Shown here piece after piece: positions 1 to 8,421 of a stretch of DNA of 64,000 nucleotides (position 1 is the stretch's first letter; each line of letters starts with the position of its first letter). Where the stretch lies: positions 1,152,001-1,216,000 of the forward strand of contig CAVPLT010000001.1 of NCBI GenBank assembly GCA_963706325.1, written 5' to 3'. The DNA is from an uncultured Nitrospiraceae bacterium (GTDB taxonomy: Bacteria > Nitrospirota > Nitrospiria > Nitrospirales > Nitrospiraceae). The position numbers and the translations under genes are program-made. The notes under the pieces are model-generated. The model was not told the origin of the DNA. It worked only from the letters and a program-made list of their open reading frames with translations, and made no database searches.

Positions 1-1
1 A

Positions 2-1267
2 GCTAAGAAGGATCCTCATGCTGATGCGAAGCGGCAGAAGATTGTCACTCCCGAGTACCTATTTTTAGAAGCTCCGAGGACGAAAGAGTTTATTACGGGG
101 AGTGAGGCAGCGAAAGAGGCCATCCGTCGTTCTAACGTCGATCTTGCCATTGCATATCCCATCACGCCGCAAAGCGAAACGATGCAGCTGGTAGGCGTAT
201 TGTACGGCGAGGGATATGTTAAGGAATATTATCGTGGGGAAGAGGAAGTCGGCGTGATGGCGGCAATTGCCGGAGGGTCGCGAGCTGGCGTTCGTTGTTA
301 TACCGCGACTGCGGGCCCTGGGACACTGAGGGGACTCGAGGGGATTGCTTCTTGGCCGGGCCATCGGTTGCCCGTCGTTGCCATGTTCACATGTCGGGTG
401 GTGAACGCGCCGTTGGCTATTCAGCCGGATAATATCGAGGTGTCGTACCTCCTGAATTGCGGCATGATTATCTTTCACGCAGAGAATCAGCAAGACATGT
501 ACGACTTCACGCTGGCCGGCTTCATCATCAGCGAGAAGAACGATGTCACGCTTCCTGTCGGTGTCTGTTGCGATGGGTTCTTTGTCACGCATGCCAGAGG
601 TTATGTGCGTATGCAAGATCGCGGGATGAAGCTTCCGCCAAGGGAGCCATGGCGAGGCGCTGTGCCTGTATTGGATGCGGAAAACCCTCCTGCCAGACTG
701 TCCAGAGATGCCCCAGTTCAGAAGTCGAATTTTATGGCCTACAATATCCACGCAGTATGGCAGCAAGAAGTGTGGGCTGGCGTCGAGCGTTCCCGCAAGT
801 ACATCAATCAGTATATGGGTGGCCTGCTGACCGCGGAAAATGTGGATGATGCCGAAGCTGTAATCATTGCGTCGGGCAGTGCGGCCGCTCAGTCTCGTGA
901 AGCCGTGCGAATTTGCTCAGAGAAGGGTATCAAGATCGGCTTGATCAAGATCCGATCGCTCCGTCCGTTCCCAACCCAAGAATTGCGCAAGTTGTGCGGG
1001 AAGGCCAAGTTGATTGTTGTTCCCGAATTCAATTACGTGGGATGGCTAGCAAAAGAGGTGGCAACCGCTGTCTACGGTTTCTCCAATGCTAAAATCATCG
1101 GTGGCCCGCGAGTGTATGGTGGCCAATCGATGCCGGTCGAATTGATCGTGGATGAGGTTGAATCCGGCTTGACGGGAAAGAAGTCGACGAATGTGGCGAT
1201 GTCTCAAGTCATGGGCGCCTCCGCATCTGACCATGAGGCCATGGGGCACTTCATGCGTAGCATTTAG
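2..1267 (+). CDS. forA: 2-oxoacid:ferredoxin oxidoreductase alpha subunit, 5'-truncated by the window edge; probably the 2-oxoglutarate:ferredoxin oxidoreductase of the rTCA cycle
   Basis: The frame is open from base 2 (AKKDPHADAK...IAYPITPQSETM), upstream of the ORF-track start at 182. It has the YPITP motif and alpha-subunit-like segments TATAGPG, KIRSLRPFP and VVPEFNY. OGOR rather than POR is inferred from proximity to aclBA/icd/sucCD. Confidence 0.8.
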   Translation, partial: AKKDPHADAKRQKIVTPEYLFLEAPRTKEFITGSEAAKEAIRRSNVDLAIAYPITPQSETMQLVGVLYGEGYVKEYYRGEEEVGVMAAIAGGSRAGVRCYTATAGPGTLRGLEGIASWPGHRLPVVAMFTCRVVNAPLAIQPDNIEVSYLLNCGMIIFHAENQQDMYDFTLAGFIISEKNDVTLPVGVCCDGFFVTHARGYVRMQDRGMKLPPREPWRGAVPVLDAENPPARLSRDAPVQKSNFMAYNIHAVWQQEVWAGVERSRKYINQYMGGLLTAENVDDAEAVIIASGSAAAQSREAVRICSEKGIKIGLIKIRSLRPFPTQELRKLCGKAKLIVVPEFNYVGWLAKEVATAVYGFSNAKIIGGPRVYGGQSMPVELIVDEVESGLTGKKSTNVAMSQVMGASASDHEAMGHFMRSI

Positions 1268-1294
1268 ACTAAAAGCATAGTTCGAACCAAACAG

Positions 1295-1327
1295 CAGGGC
1301 CCGTTCGGATAAACCGAACGGGCCCTG
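1295..1327. terminator. Perfect 14-bp hairpin between convergent genes; probable bidirectional terminator
   Basis: cagggcccgttcgg-ataaa-ccgaacgggccctg, lying between the forA stop (1267) and the convergent stop at 1358. Confidence 0.7.
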
Positions 1328-1357
1328 TGCATTTGAGGAAATGTTGGAAGCCGGTTT

Positions 1358-1606
1358 TCAGCCCTGAAGATCTTCTTCGACCAGATCAGGGCTTTCCGGC
1401 ATCCCGTGAGCCACGTATTTGGCATAGGATAAATAGATCGATGCGCTATCACGCATGGCTTTGGTGCCATTGGCCATGCGATGCAGCTTATCCGAGCCCG
1501 GCGCTTCAGTCTTACGCAGATGATCGACATGGTCATGGAGGACGAGCGTGAAGCGCTCCATGGCCATTTCCACCTCTCGATAGGCTTGCAAAATAGGGTC
1601 AGTCAT
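1358..1606 (-). CDS. Small helical hypothetical protein (82 aa)
   Basis: MTDPILQAYREVEMAM... follows a strong RBS (AGAGGAG) at the ATG at 1606. Amphipathic helical composition; no family recognised. Confidence 0.7.
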   Translation of the reverse strand: MTDPILQAYREVEMAMERFTLVLHDHVDHLRKTEAPGSDKLHRMANGTKAMRDSASIYLSYAKYVAHGMPESPDLVEEDLQG

Positions 1607-1674
1607 GTGAAGTACTCCTCTCTTGAGAGAATACCGCAGCATGGTTTGGGGGGTCAACCAAGAGGCCGATCACT

Positions 1675-2880
1675 ATGTACCAGCTATCGTCGGCAGTGTT
1701 AAGTGCCATCGCTGCCGTGGCTAGGGTGAATGTGCTGGAGCCGCATCAGCGGGTGCCCGAATCCATCATTAAAGGCGTGTCACGACTCTCAGAAATCTTT
1801 ACGAGGCGTGGCCAAGGTCCGGGGGTAGCTTATTTCCAGGACCCTCAGTTATGTGCCGCATATCTAGCCTACTACGTGCCAGTTAATCTTGGTAAAGTGC
1901 AGGTTCTTTTGGATGAACTGAAGCCGGCGCTTCCCCTCGGTTGGAGTGAGGAATTTCGAGTGTTAGACATCGGTGGAGGCCCTGGAACGGGAGCACTGGG
2001 CGTGCTTGATTGGTGCCGATCAAAATCTGTGATACCTGCGTCTTCCCTCCGTGTGACGGTTGTTGACCGTTCGCCGCAGGTCTTGAGGCTGTGTGCTGAG
2101 ATTTTGAAGGCTTATGGTGAACAGCATCCAGATCAAACCATTGCCTCGGTGAAAACAGTTGAATGGAATCTTGAGCGTTCCCTTTCCCCAGGTCTCCGTG
2201 AAGTTGGCACGGGGGATGGCTATCACCTGATTATTATTCAAAATCTTCTCTCAGAATTATTTGTCGGGAGTCCGGACCCAGTATCGCAACGAACTGCATT
2301 GGTTGGCGAGTTATTGAATTCTTTGGCCGCGGATGGGAGTCTGATGCTTATTGAACCGGCCCTGCGATCTGCCTCGCGGGGGTTGCATCAGGTGCGAGAC
2401 AAGCTTTTGGCGGGGCAGCACTGTTCTGTTTATAGTCCCTGTCTCCATGACGCGCCTTGCCCTGCACTGGTGAAGCCGGATGACTGGTGCCATGAGGAGC
2501 GAAAATGGGAGGTTCCAGCCTGGATTGTTCAGGTCGATCAGGAAGTCGGGTTTATAAAAGATGCCCTCAAATTTTCCTATGTGATCTTGCGCAAAGATGG
2601 GAGAACTCTCGTGCCTCGAAATGCGAATTATCATCGTGTGGTCAGTGAGTTACGTGTTATGAAGGGTGAGAAGCGCGTCTGGCTATGTGACGAAGCGGGA
2701 AGACCGGAAATTGGACGTCAGGACAAGGAAAGATCGGCCGCCAACGCTTCGTTCGATGACTGGCATCGTGGGGCAATCGTACGGGTCAGTGAGATTGTTA
2801 GAAAAGACCGAAAGGGCAGGCCGGCCATGGTGGGGCGAATTGTTTCGTCGGGAACAGCGGAAATAGTCCGTCCTGCCTGA
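1675..2880 (+). CDS. Rsm22/METTL17-family SAM-dependent methyltransferase-like protein
   Basis: AYLAYY segment, SAM-binding VLDIGGGPGTG, LIEPA, Cys-rich PCLHDAPCP...DWCH, KFSYVILRK and RVWLC are all characteristic of the Rsm22 family. Confidence 0.8.
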   Translation: MYQLSSAVLSAIAAVARVNVLEPHQRVPESIIKGVSRLSEIFTRRGQGPGVAYFQDPQLCAAYLAYYVPVNLGKVQVLLDELKPALPLGWSEEFRVLDIGGGPGTGALGVLDWCRSKSVIPASSLRVTVVDRSPQVLRLCAEILKAYGEQHPDQTIASVKTVEWNLERSLSPGLREVGTGDGYHLIIIQNLLSELFVGSPDPVSQRTALVGELLNSLAADGSLMLIEPALRSASRGLHQVRDKLLAGQHCSVYSPCLHDAPCPALVKPDDWCHEERKWEVPAWIVQVDQEVGFIKDALKFSYVILRKDGRTLVPRNANYHRVVSELRVMKGEKRVWLCDEAGRPEIGRQDKERSAANASFDDWHRGAIVRVSEIVRKDRKGRPAMVGRIVSSGTAEIVRPA

Positions 2881-2884
2881 GATC

Positions 2885-3079
2885 CTAATCTGCTTCCGGT
2901 TCAGAGCTGCCGTGTTGATGGGTGACACGGTCCTCATCGAAGAGTTCCGCCATCTCATCTGCCATCATATCGCGGTCATTGGGTACCGAAACCAGGGGGA
3001 TTTCCTTGCGTGGCTTCTCTACAGCTTCACTGGGGGCGGGAGTAGATTGAGGTGCTTTGGGGGTTGGTGCATCGCTCAT
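2885..3079 (-). CDS. Small acidic, Pro-rich hypothetical protein (64 aa)
   Basis: ATG preceded by GAGG; co-oriented with and 35 bp downstream of the Zn-ribbon gene; low-complexity N-terminus and acidic C-terminus. Confidence 0.55.
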   Translation of the reverse strand: MSDAPTPKAPQSTPAPSEAVEKPRKEIPLVSVPNDRDMMADEMAELFDEDRVTHQHGSSEPEAD

Positions 3080-3114
3080 AGAACCTCAGTATACACCAAC
3101 GGTGATCAGAAAGG

Positions 3115-3474
3115 TCACTCAAATGCTTCTAAGGATGAGTGTTCAGGGAACTGTGTTTTGCAGGCCGTGCAGGTGACGAAATAAATGGCTTCACGAACCG
3201 ACATGGTAATGCGGAAATCGAGGTTCACACCTCGATGTTGACAGCTTGGACATGAGATTTCTTTCAGTCGATAGGGGATATCCGGCTGGGTTCGCCGATA
3301 AAAATCCATATCGGTGTACACCGGGAAATTATATCGACACTTGAGGCAGACGGCACGACACTCCCCGTCGGCCTGCAAGGTTCGACGGTCGACGGCGAAG
3401 GTGTTCGTCTTGCAAATTGCGCAGCGTACGCTTGGCAGCCGTTTCTCAACCTCTTCAAGAGATGTGTGAGCCAT
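3115..3474 (-). CDS. Double zinc-ribbon protein (four CxxC motifs)
   Basis: CAIC...CLKC and CPSC...CTAC pairs in 119 aa; GGGGA upstream of the ATG. Confidence 0.8.
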   Translation of the reverse strand: MAHTSLEEVEKRLPSVRCAICKTNTFAVDRRTLQADGECRAVCLKCRYNFPVYTDMDFYRRTQPDIPYRLKEISCPSCQHRGVNLDFRITMSVREAIYFVTCTACKTQFPEHSSLEAFE

Positions 3475-3556
3475 CAGTTTCCCCAGTAAAGATATCAGAG
3501 TATACGCACCGACCTAGGCCACCTTCAACCGCCCAACTTAGATTCTCAGGATTCCC

Positions 3557-3584
3557 TTGACCGATCGGCCATGGGCCCTATACT
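3557..3584 (+). promoter_or_regulatory. Sigma70-type promoter of the phosphatase gene; near-leaderless transcript
   Basis: TTGACC-16 nt-TATACT, ending 9 nt before the ATG at 3594, with no SD sequence in between. Confidence 0.55.
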
Positions 3585-3593
3585 TGCGAGACC

Positions 3594-4022
3594 ATGCATA
3601 TGATTACCAAACGACTTCTCGTGGGCAATGTCGATGATGCGAAGAACCCTCCGCCGGAGGTGAGTGCTGTTCTAATGGTGGCGGAAGAGCAGAACGTGAC
3701 GGTGCCACCGAGGGTTGTGTACGCCAAAATTCCTTTGAAAGAATTTGGTGAGCCAACGGTCTCGTCGCTGGGCAAGGCTGTGCAATGGATTGAGACGCAT
3801 GTTGTGGATCACCGCCTCATGGTGTGTTGCCGGGTTGGCATGGGACGTTCGGTCTCGGTGGTGATTGCGTACCTCTGTTGCGTAGAGGGACTGTCCTATC
3901 CGGACGCTGTAAGGCTTGTGTTAACGCGTCGTCCCGGCGGTATGCCTTTACCGCATCTTGAAGAAATCATTGATGACCTTCTCCGTCTCCGTCAGAGCGG
4001 ACGCGATTCCTCGATCGCCTAG
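3594..4022 (+). CDS. Dual-specificity/tyrosine phosphatase family protein
   Basis: P-loop CCRVGMGRS (CX5R), followed by SVVIAYL and a typical AVRLVLTRRP C-terminus. Confidence 0.85.
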   Translation: MHMITKRLLVGNVDDAKNPPPEVSAVLMVAEEQNVTVPPRVVYAKIPLKEFGEPTVSSLGKAVQWIETHVVDHRLMVCCRVGMGRSVSVVIAYLCCVEGLSYPDAVRLVLTRRPGGMPLPHLEEIIDDLLRLRQSGRDSSIA

Positions 4023-4214
4023 AGGTCGGGGTGCCTGCCAGTCGCTACCAACTTTTCATTATTCGTCTTCCGCCTAGCCTAGTTTTACGATCTCAGCTCC
4101 ACATCATTTCAGCCCGCGAAAAGCGTTGATGCGTGGAGTTGCATTTTGTCCCATGGTCATGGCGTAATTCGATGTCCGTGAGGAGCGGCCTTCATCACCT
4201 CGGAATTTACTTCG

Positions 4215-5066
4215 ATGCCAGAATTGCCGGAAGCGGAAGTGGCTGCGCGTCAATTACGAGACCGAGTAGTTGGAGCTACCGTGCGCGATTGCTGGGTCGG
4301 GCGTGACGACATCGTTCGAGAGGGATTATCGTCTGTAGCGTGGTATCGTCAGTCCAAAATAACTGAAGTCGAGCGACGAGGGAAGAGCGTTATTTTCACC
4401 TTTGCTCGCAACGAACGCGTGAGATTTCTCGCCGCCGAACTGGGCATGACCGGCTTGCTTGTATTTCGGTCTACTCAGACCAGGCATCCCCAGCACACCC
4501 ATTTTATTCTGCATCTGGATGGAGCGGCCGAACCCGAGATCCGATACTGGAATCCTCGACGATTTGGGCGTCTGTCATTGCTTGATCAGGCAGGACTGGA
4601 TCGGTATACAGGACGCCGATTTGGGTACGATCCTCTCGCGATAACCACGGAAGAATTCCTGCGGCTGCTCGGATCGACACGCAGCCGGCTGAAGTCCCTG
4701 TTAATGCATCAACAAGTGATCGCGGGGATTGGAAACATCTATGTCAATGAGATTCTCTTCCGTGCCGGTCTACACCCGGATCAGACCGCCAATCAGCTTC
4801 AGGCGAAGGTCGTTTTGCGACTCTATGGAATTATGGGAGAGGTGTTGCGAGAAGCCATTGCCATGGGAGGTTCTAGTGTGCGGGACTATTTTGCGCCGGA
4901 TGGAACAGAAGGTCAGTATAAGCGGCGGCATCTGGTCTATGCGAAAACCGGAGAGTCCTGTCCGAATGCTTGCGGGGCAGTGATCCGACGATCCGTGGGC
5001 GAGCGCAGTTCATTCTATTGTCCAACTTGCCAACGGAAAAGCCCTAACCGTTCTGCCAAACGGTAG
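4215..5066 (+). CDS. mutM: Formamidopyrimidine-DNA glycosylase (Fpg/MutM family)
   Basis: N-terminal PELPE, RRGK, LGMTG, PRRFG, H2TH motif IAGIGNIY and C-terminal zinc finger (CPNAC...FYCPTCQ). Confidence 0.9.
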   Translation: MPELPEAEVAARQLRDRVVGATVRDCWVGRDDIVREGLSSVAWYRQSKITEVERRGKSVIFTFARNERVRFLAAELGMTGLLVFRSTQTRHPQHTHFILHLDGAAEPEIRYWNPRRFGRLSLLDQAGLDRYTGRRFGYDPLAITTEEFLRLLGSTRSRLKSLLMHQQVIAGIGNIYVNEILFRAGLHPDQTANQLQAKVVLRLYGIMGEVLREAIAMGGSSVRDYFAPDGTEGQYKRRHLVYAKTGESCPNACGAVIRRSVGERSSFYCPTCQRKSPNRSAKR

Positions 5067-5260
5067 AACGGCGCCTTCGCGTGGTCGAAGCCGCAACAAT
5101 AAGCTTATCAATTATTTATGGTGATGAATCTTCGGTGCTTATTGTGGTAGGACTTCTGTGCTCGAAGCGTAGGCCCTTTGGAGGATTGAGCTAAGCAACG
5201 GAATTCGGTACTCTGTCGCTCCTTTTCTCTGCCCTATCACACACCAAGGAGTCGTCAACC

Positions 5261-6460
5261 ATGGCGAAAGTGCTTGAAGGTCCCGGGATGGGGCTGATGA
5301 AGAAATGGGGAATCAACGTTCCCAATTATGTGGTCGTCACCTCCGTTGATGAGCTGACGAAGCTAGGACAAGCCAATGAATGGTTGAAGAAGTCCAAGCT
5401 GGTTGTCAAGGCGCATGAGGCCCTGGGATCGCGCTTCAAACTTGGTCTGGTCAAGGTAGACTTGGACTTCAAGGCCGCAGAGGCGGCGGCGAAGGAGATG
5501 ATCGGCCGCCAAGTCGGTAGCATCACCGTGAGCCAGGTCATTGTCTCTGAAATGATTCCGCACAAGGAAGAATATTATTGCGCTGTGAAATCCACTCGCG
5601 AAGGTAGTGAGGTTCTGGTCGCCAACTGTGGCGGGATCGAAGTTGAATCGAATTGGGAACGCGTTAAACGGTTGTGTCTCGAAATCGGGCAGTCCCCCTC
5701 CTCAGAATCCCTCGAAAAATTGTCCAAAGATGCGGGATTTGCCGGACCACTCATCAAAAAGATGGCCGAGTTTGCGGCCAAAATGTTTGTCTGCTTCGAC
5801 AGCGAAGATGCGCAATATCTCGAAGTAAACCCCGTGGTCCTGCGCACAAGTGATGGCGAACTCGTGGCGCTTGACGCTGTGACGCTCCTTGACGGTGATG
5901 CCAAGTTTCGCCATCCGGATTGGAACTTTGCGTTTGCGGCGGAGTTTGGTCGCGCCTACTCCAAGCAAGAAATCGACGTCATGGCAGTCGACAGCAAGAT
6001 CAAGGGCTCGGTCAAGTTCATTGAAATTCCCGGTGGCGATACCGCTATGTTGCCGGCGGGTGGTGGCGCCAGCGTGTATTACTCGGATGCGGTGGTCGCG
6101 CGCGGCGGAAAATTGGCTAACTATGCCGAATATTCAGGCGATCCACCTGATTGGGCAGTGGAAGTCCTCACGGAAAAAGTCTGCTCGTTACCCGGGATCA
6201 AGAACATCATCGTCGGTGGCGCGATCGCGAACTTCACCGATGTAAAGAAAACATTCGGCGGCATCATCAATGGGTTCCGCAAGGCGAAATCGGAAGGCAA
6301 GCTGAAAGGTGTCAGGATCTGGGTGCGTCGCGGCGGGCCGCGCGAGAAGGAAGGACTCGACGCCATGCGCGCGCTGAAAGACGAAGGCTTCGACATCAAT
6401 GTCTTCGACCGCAACACACCGCTGACCGACATCGTCGACAAGGCGCTCCAAGTGAAGTAG
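5261..6460 (+). CDS. aclB: ATP-citrate lyase beta subunit
   Basis: ATP-grasp-type N-terminus; AGGGASVYYSD, ANYAEYSGDP, GGAIANFTDV and VRRGGP motifs of ACL. Confidence 0.95.
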   Translation: MAKVLEGPGMGLMKKWGINVPNYVVVTSVDELTKLGQANEWLKKSKLVVKAHEALGSRFKLGLVKVDLDFKAAEAAAKEMIGRQVGSITVSQVIVSEMIPHKEEYYCAVKSTREGSEVLVANCGGIEVESNWERVKRLCLEIGQSPSSESLEKLSKDAGFAGPLIKKMAEFAAKMFVCFDSEDAQYLEVNPVVLRTSDGELVALDAVTLLDGDAKFRHPDWNFAFAAEFGRAYSKQEIDVMAVDSKIKGSVKFIEIPGGDTAMLPAGGGASVYYSDAVVARGGKLANYAEYSGDPPDWAVEVLTEKVCSLPGIKNIIVGGAIANFTDVKKTFGGIINGFRKAKSEGKLKGVRIWVRRGGPREKEGLDAMRALKDEGFDINVFDRNTPLTDIVDKALQVK

Positions 6461-6500
6461 CCCGCGGCCTATGACCAACCGGAGATAAGGGGAGATCCCG

Positions 6501-8321
6501 ATGAGTATTCTGGCAAATAAAGACACCCGCGTGGTGATTCAGGGTGGTCAGGCCGGCGTCAACGCCGCCCGACGAATGGCTGAATTTTGCTATCTGATCA
6601 AGCGACCACTCAATGTGGAAGCATTTGTCTATCCGCCTGATGCCGGCAAAACGAACGAAATTCCATATGGCAGTGGCTTGATTGCGATCCCTATCTACAA
6701 ATCCATTGCCGAAGCGACCAAGCATCACTCGACGATCAACACCAGCCTCGTCTACATCGGTGCCGATCGGGCGATGAAGGGTGGCATGGAAGCGCTCGAC
6801 GATTCGCACATCAAGGTGGTCTCGATGATCACAGAAGGTGTGCCTGAGAAGGATGCGAAAATTCTTGGCGCCCATGCGCGAAAGCTCGGTAAGGTGTTCA
6901 ACGGGCCGTCGTCTATTGGCATCATTTCGGCAGGGGCTTGCCGCTTGGGCGTGATCGGCGGTGCGTTCGACAACCTCGTGCTCTCCAAGCTCTACCGCGA
7001 GGGGTCGTTTGGCGTCATTACAAAATCCGGAGGACTGTCAAACGAGATCATCTGGATCTGCTCTCAATTTGCCGACGGCGTTACCACAGCTATCGGGATC
7101 GGCGGCGATGCCTATCCTGGAACCGACTATGTCAGCTATCTGGAAATGTTCGAAAACGATCCTCAGACGAAGGCGGTGGTCATTGTCGGCGAGATGGGCG
7201 GTGATCTCGAGGAGCGAGCGGCTGAATGGTATGGCGCGAAGAAGCGACGCGTGAAATTGATTGCGGTTGTGTCCGGATTCTGCCAGGAGAGCTTGCCGAA
7301 GGGAATGAAGTTCGGTCATGCAGGTGCCAAGGAGGGGCTGAAGGGCGAAGGTTCGGCCCGGTCGAAATCGGATGCACTTAAGAAAGCCGGCGCGTTGGTG
7401 CCGGCGACGTTCGGCGCACTCGGCCCGGCCATAAAGGAGACCTATCAGGAACTGTTGAAGTCCGGCCAAGTGAAGGAGCCGGTTGAGCCGGCTACATTGC
7501 CTAGGTTGCCAAAAACCGTTGAAGAAGCCATGAAGGCCGACGAGGTCATGGTTGCGCCGCTGATCCGCACGACCATCAGCGATGACCGTGGCGATGAGCC
7601 CTGCTATGACGGCTATCCGGCCTCTGAGCTCATCAATAAGGGCTACGAAATTCCTCACGTCATAGGCCTTCTGTGGGACAAGCGCTTGATCTCGAAGCAA
7701 GAAGCTGAAATCATCAAGCGAATCATGATGCTGTCTGCCGATCATGGCCCCTGCGTGAGCGGTGCTTACGCGACCATTTTGGCCGCCTGTGCCGGCATCG
7801 GGTTGTCGCAATCAGTGGCTGCAGGAATGATCATGATTGGACCGCGCTTCGGCGGTGCTGTGACTGACGCAGGCCGCTTCTTTAAATATGCGGTCGATAA
7901 CAAGATGTCAGTGGACGAATTCTTGACTCACATGAAAAAGAATCACGGCCCGGTCCCTGGTATCGGTCATCGTGTGAAGAGCCTGCGCAATCCGGACAAG
8001 CGGGTCAAAGAGTTGGTCGGTTACGTCAAGAGTCTGAAAATCAAAACCCCCTGCTTGGACTTTGCGCTTGAAGTGGAAAAGATCACCTCGGTGAAGAAGG
8101 ACAATTTGATTCTGAACGTCGATGGGACGATGGCGGCCGTGTTAGTGGATATCGGGTTCCCGGTTGATAGCTTGAACGGATTCTTTATTTTGTCGCGTAC
8201 GATTGGCCTCATCGGACATTGGGTGGATCAAAAGCGACAAGATAGCCGCTTGATTCGGTTATTTGATTACCTCGTGAACTATGCGGCCCCCAAACGACGG
8301 GAAGTGCCGCCACTGAAATAG
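6501..8321 (+). CDS. aclA: ATP-citrate lyase alpha subunit
   Basis: CoA-binding/ligase domains (KSGGLSNE, phospho-His FGHAGA) plus a citrate-synthase-like domain (ADHGPCVSGA, PGIGHRVKS, LILNVDG). Confidence 0.95.
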   Translation: MSILANKDTRVVIQGGQAGVNAARRMAEFCYLIKRPLNVEAFVYPPDAGKTNEIPYGSGLIAIPIYKSIAEATKHHSTINTSLVYIGADRAMKGGMEALDDSHIKVVSMITEGVPEKDAKILGAHARKLGKVFNGPSSIGIISAGACRLGVIGGAFDNLVLSKLYREGSFGVITKSGGLSNEIIWICSQFADGVTTAIGIGGDAYPGTDYVSYLEMFENDPQTKAVVIVGEMGGDLEERAAEWYGAKKRRVKLIAVVSGFCQESLPKGMKFGHAGAKEGLKGEGSARSKSDALKKAGALVPATFGALGPAIKETYQELLKSGQVKEPVEPATLPRLPKTVEEAMKADEVMVAPLIRTTISDDRGDEPCYDGYPASELINKGYEIPHVIGLLWDKRLISKQEAEIIKRIMMLSADHGPCVSGAYATILAACAGIGLSQSVAAGMIMIGPRFGGAVTDAGRFFKYAVDNKMSVDEFLTHMKKNHGPVPGIGHRVKSLRNPDKRVKELVGYVKSLKIKTPCLDFALEVEKITSVKKDNLILNVDGTMAAVLVDIGFPVDSLNGFFILSRTIGLIGHWVDQKRQDSRLIRLFDYLVNYAAPKRREVPPLK

Positions 8322-8421
8322 CTTCAAATTATGAAGCGTCTTGCGCAATGAGCCATAGAGCAGGCGGAAGGCTCCTGAGAGAGGCGAGCGATAGTCAACA
8401 GCAGAAGACGGAGAAAGAATC

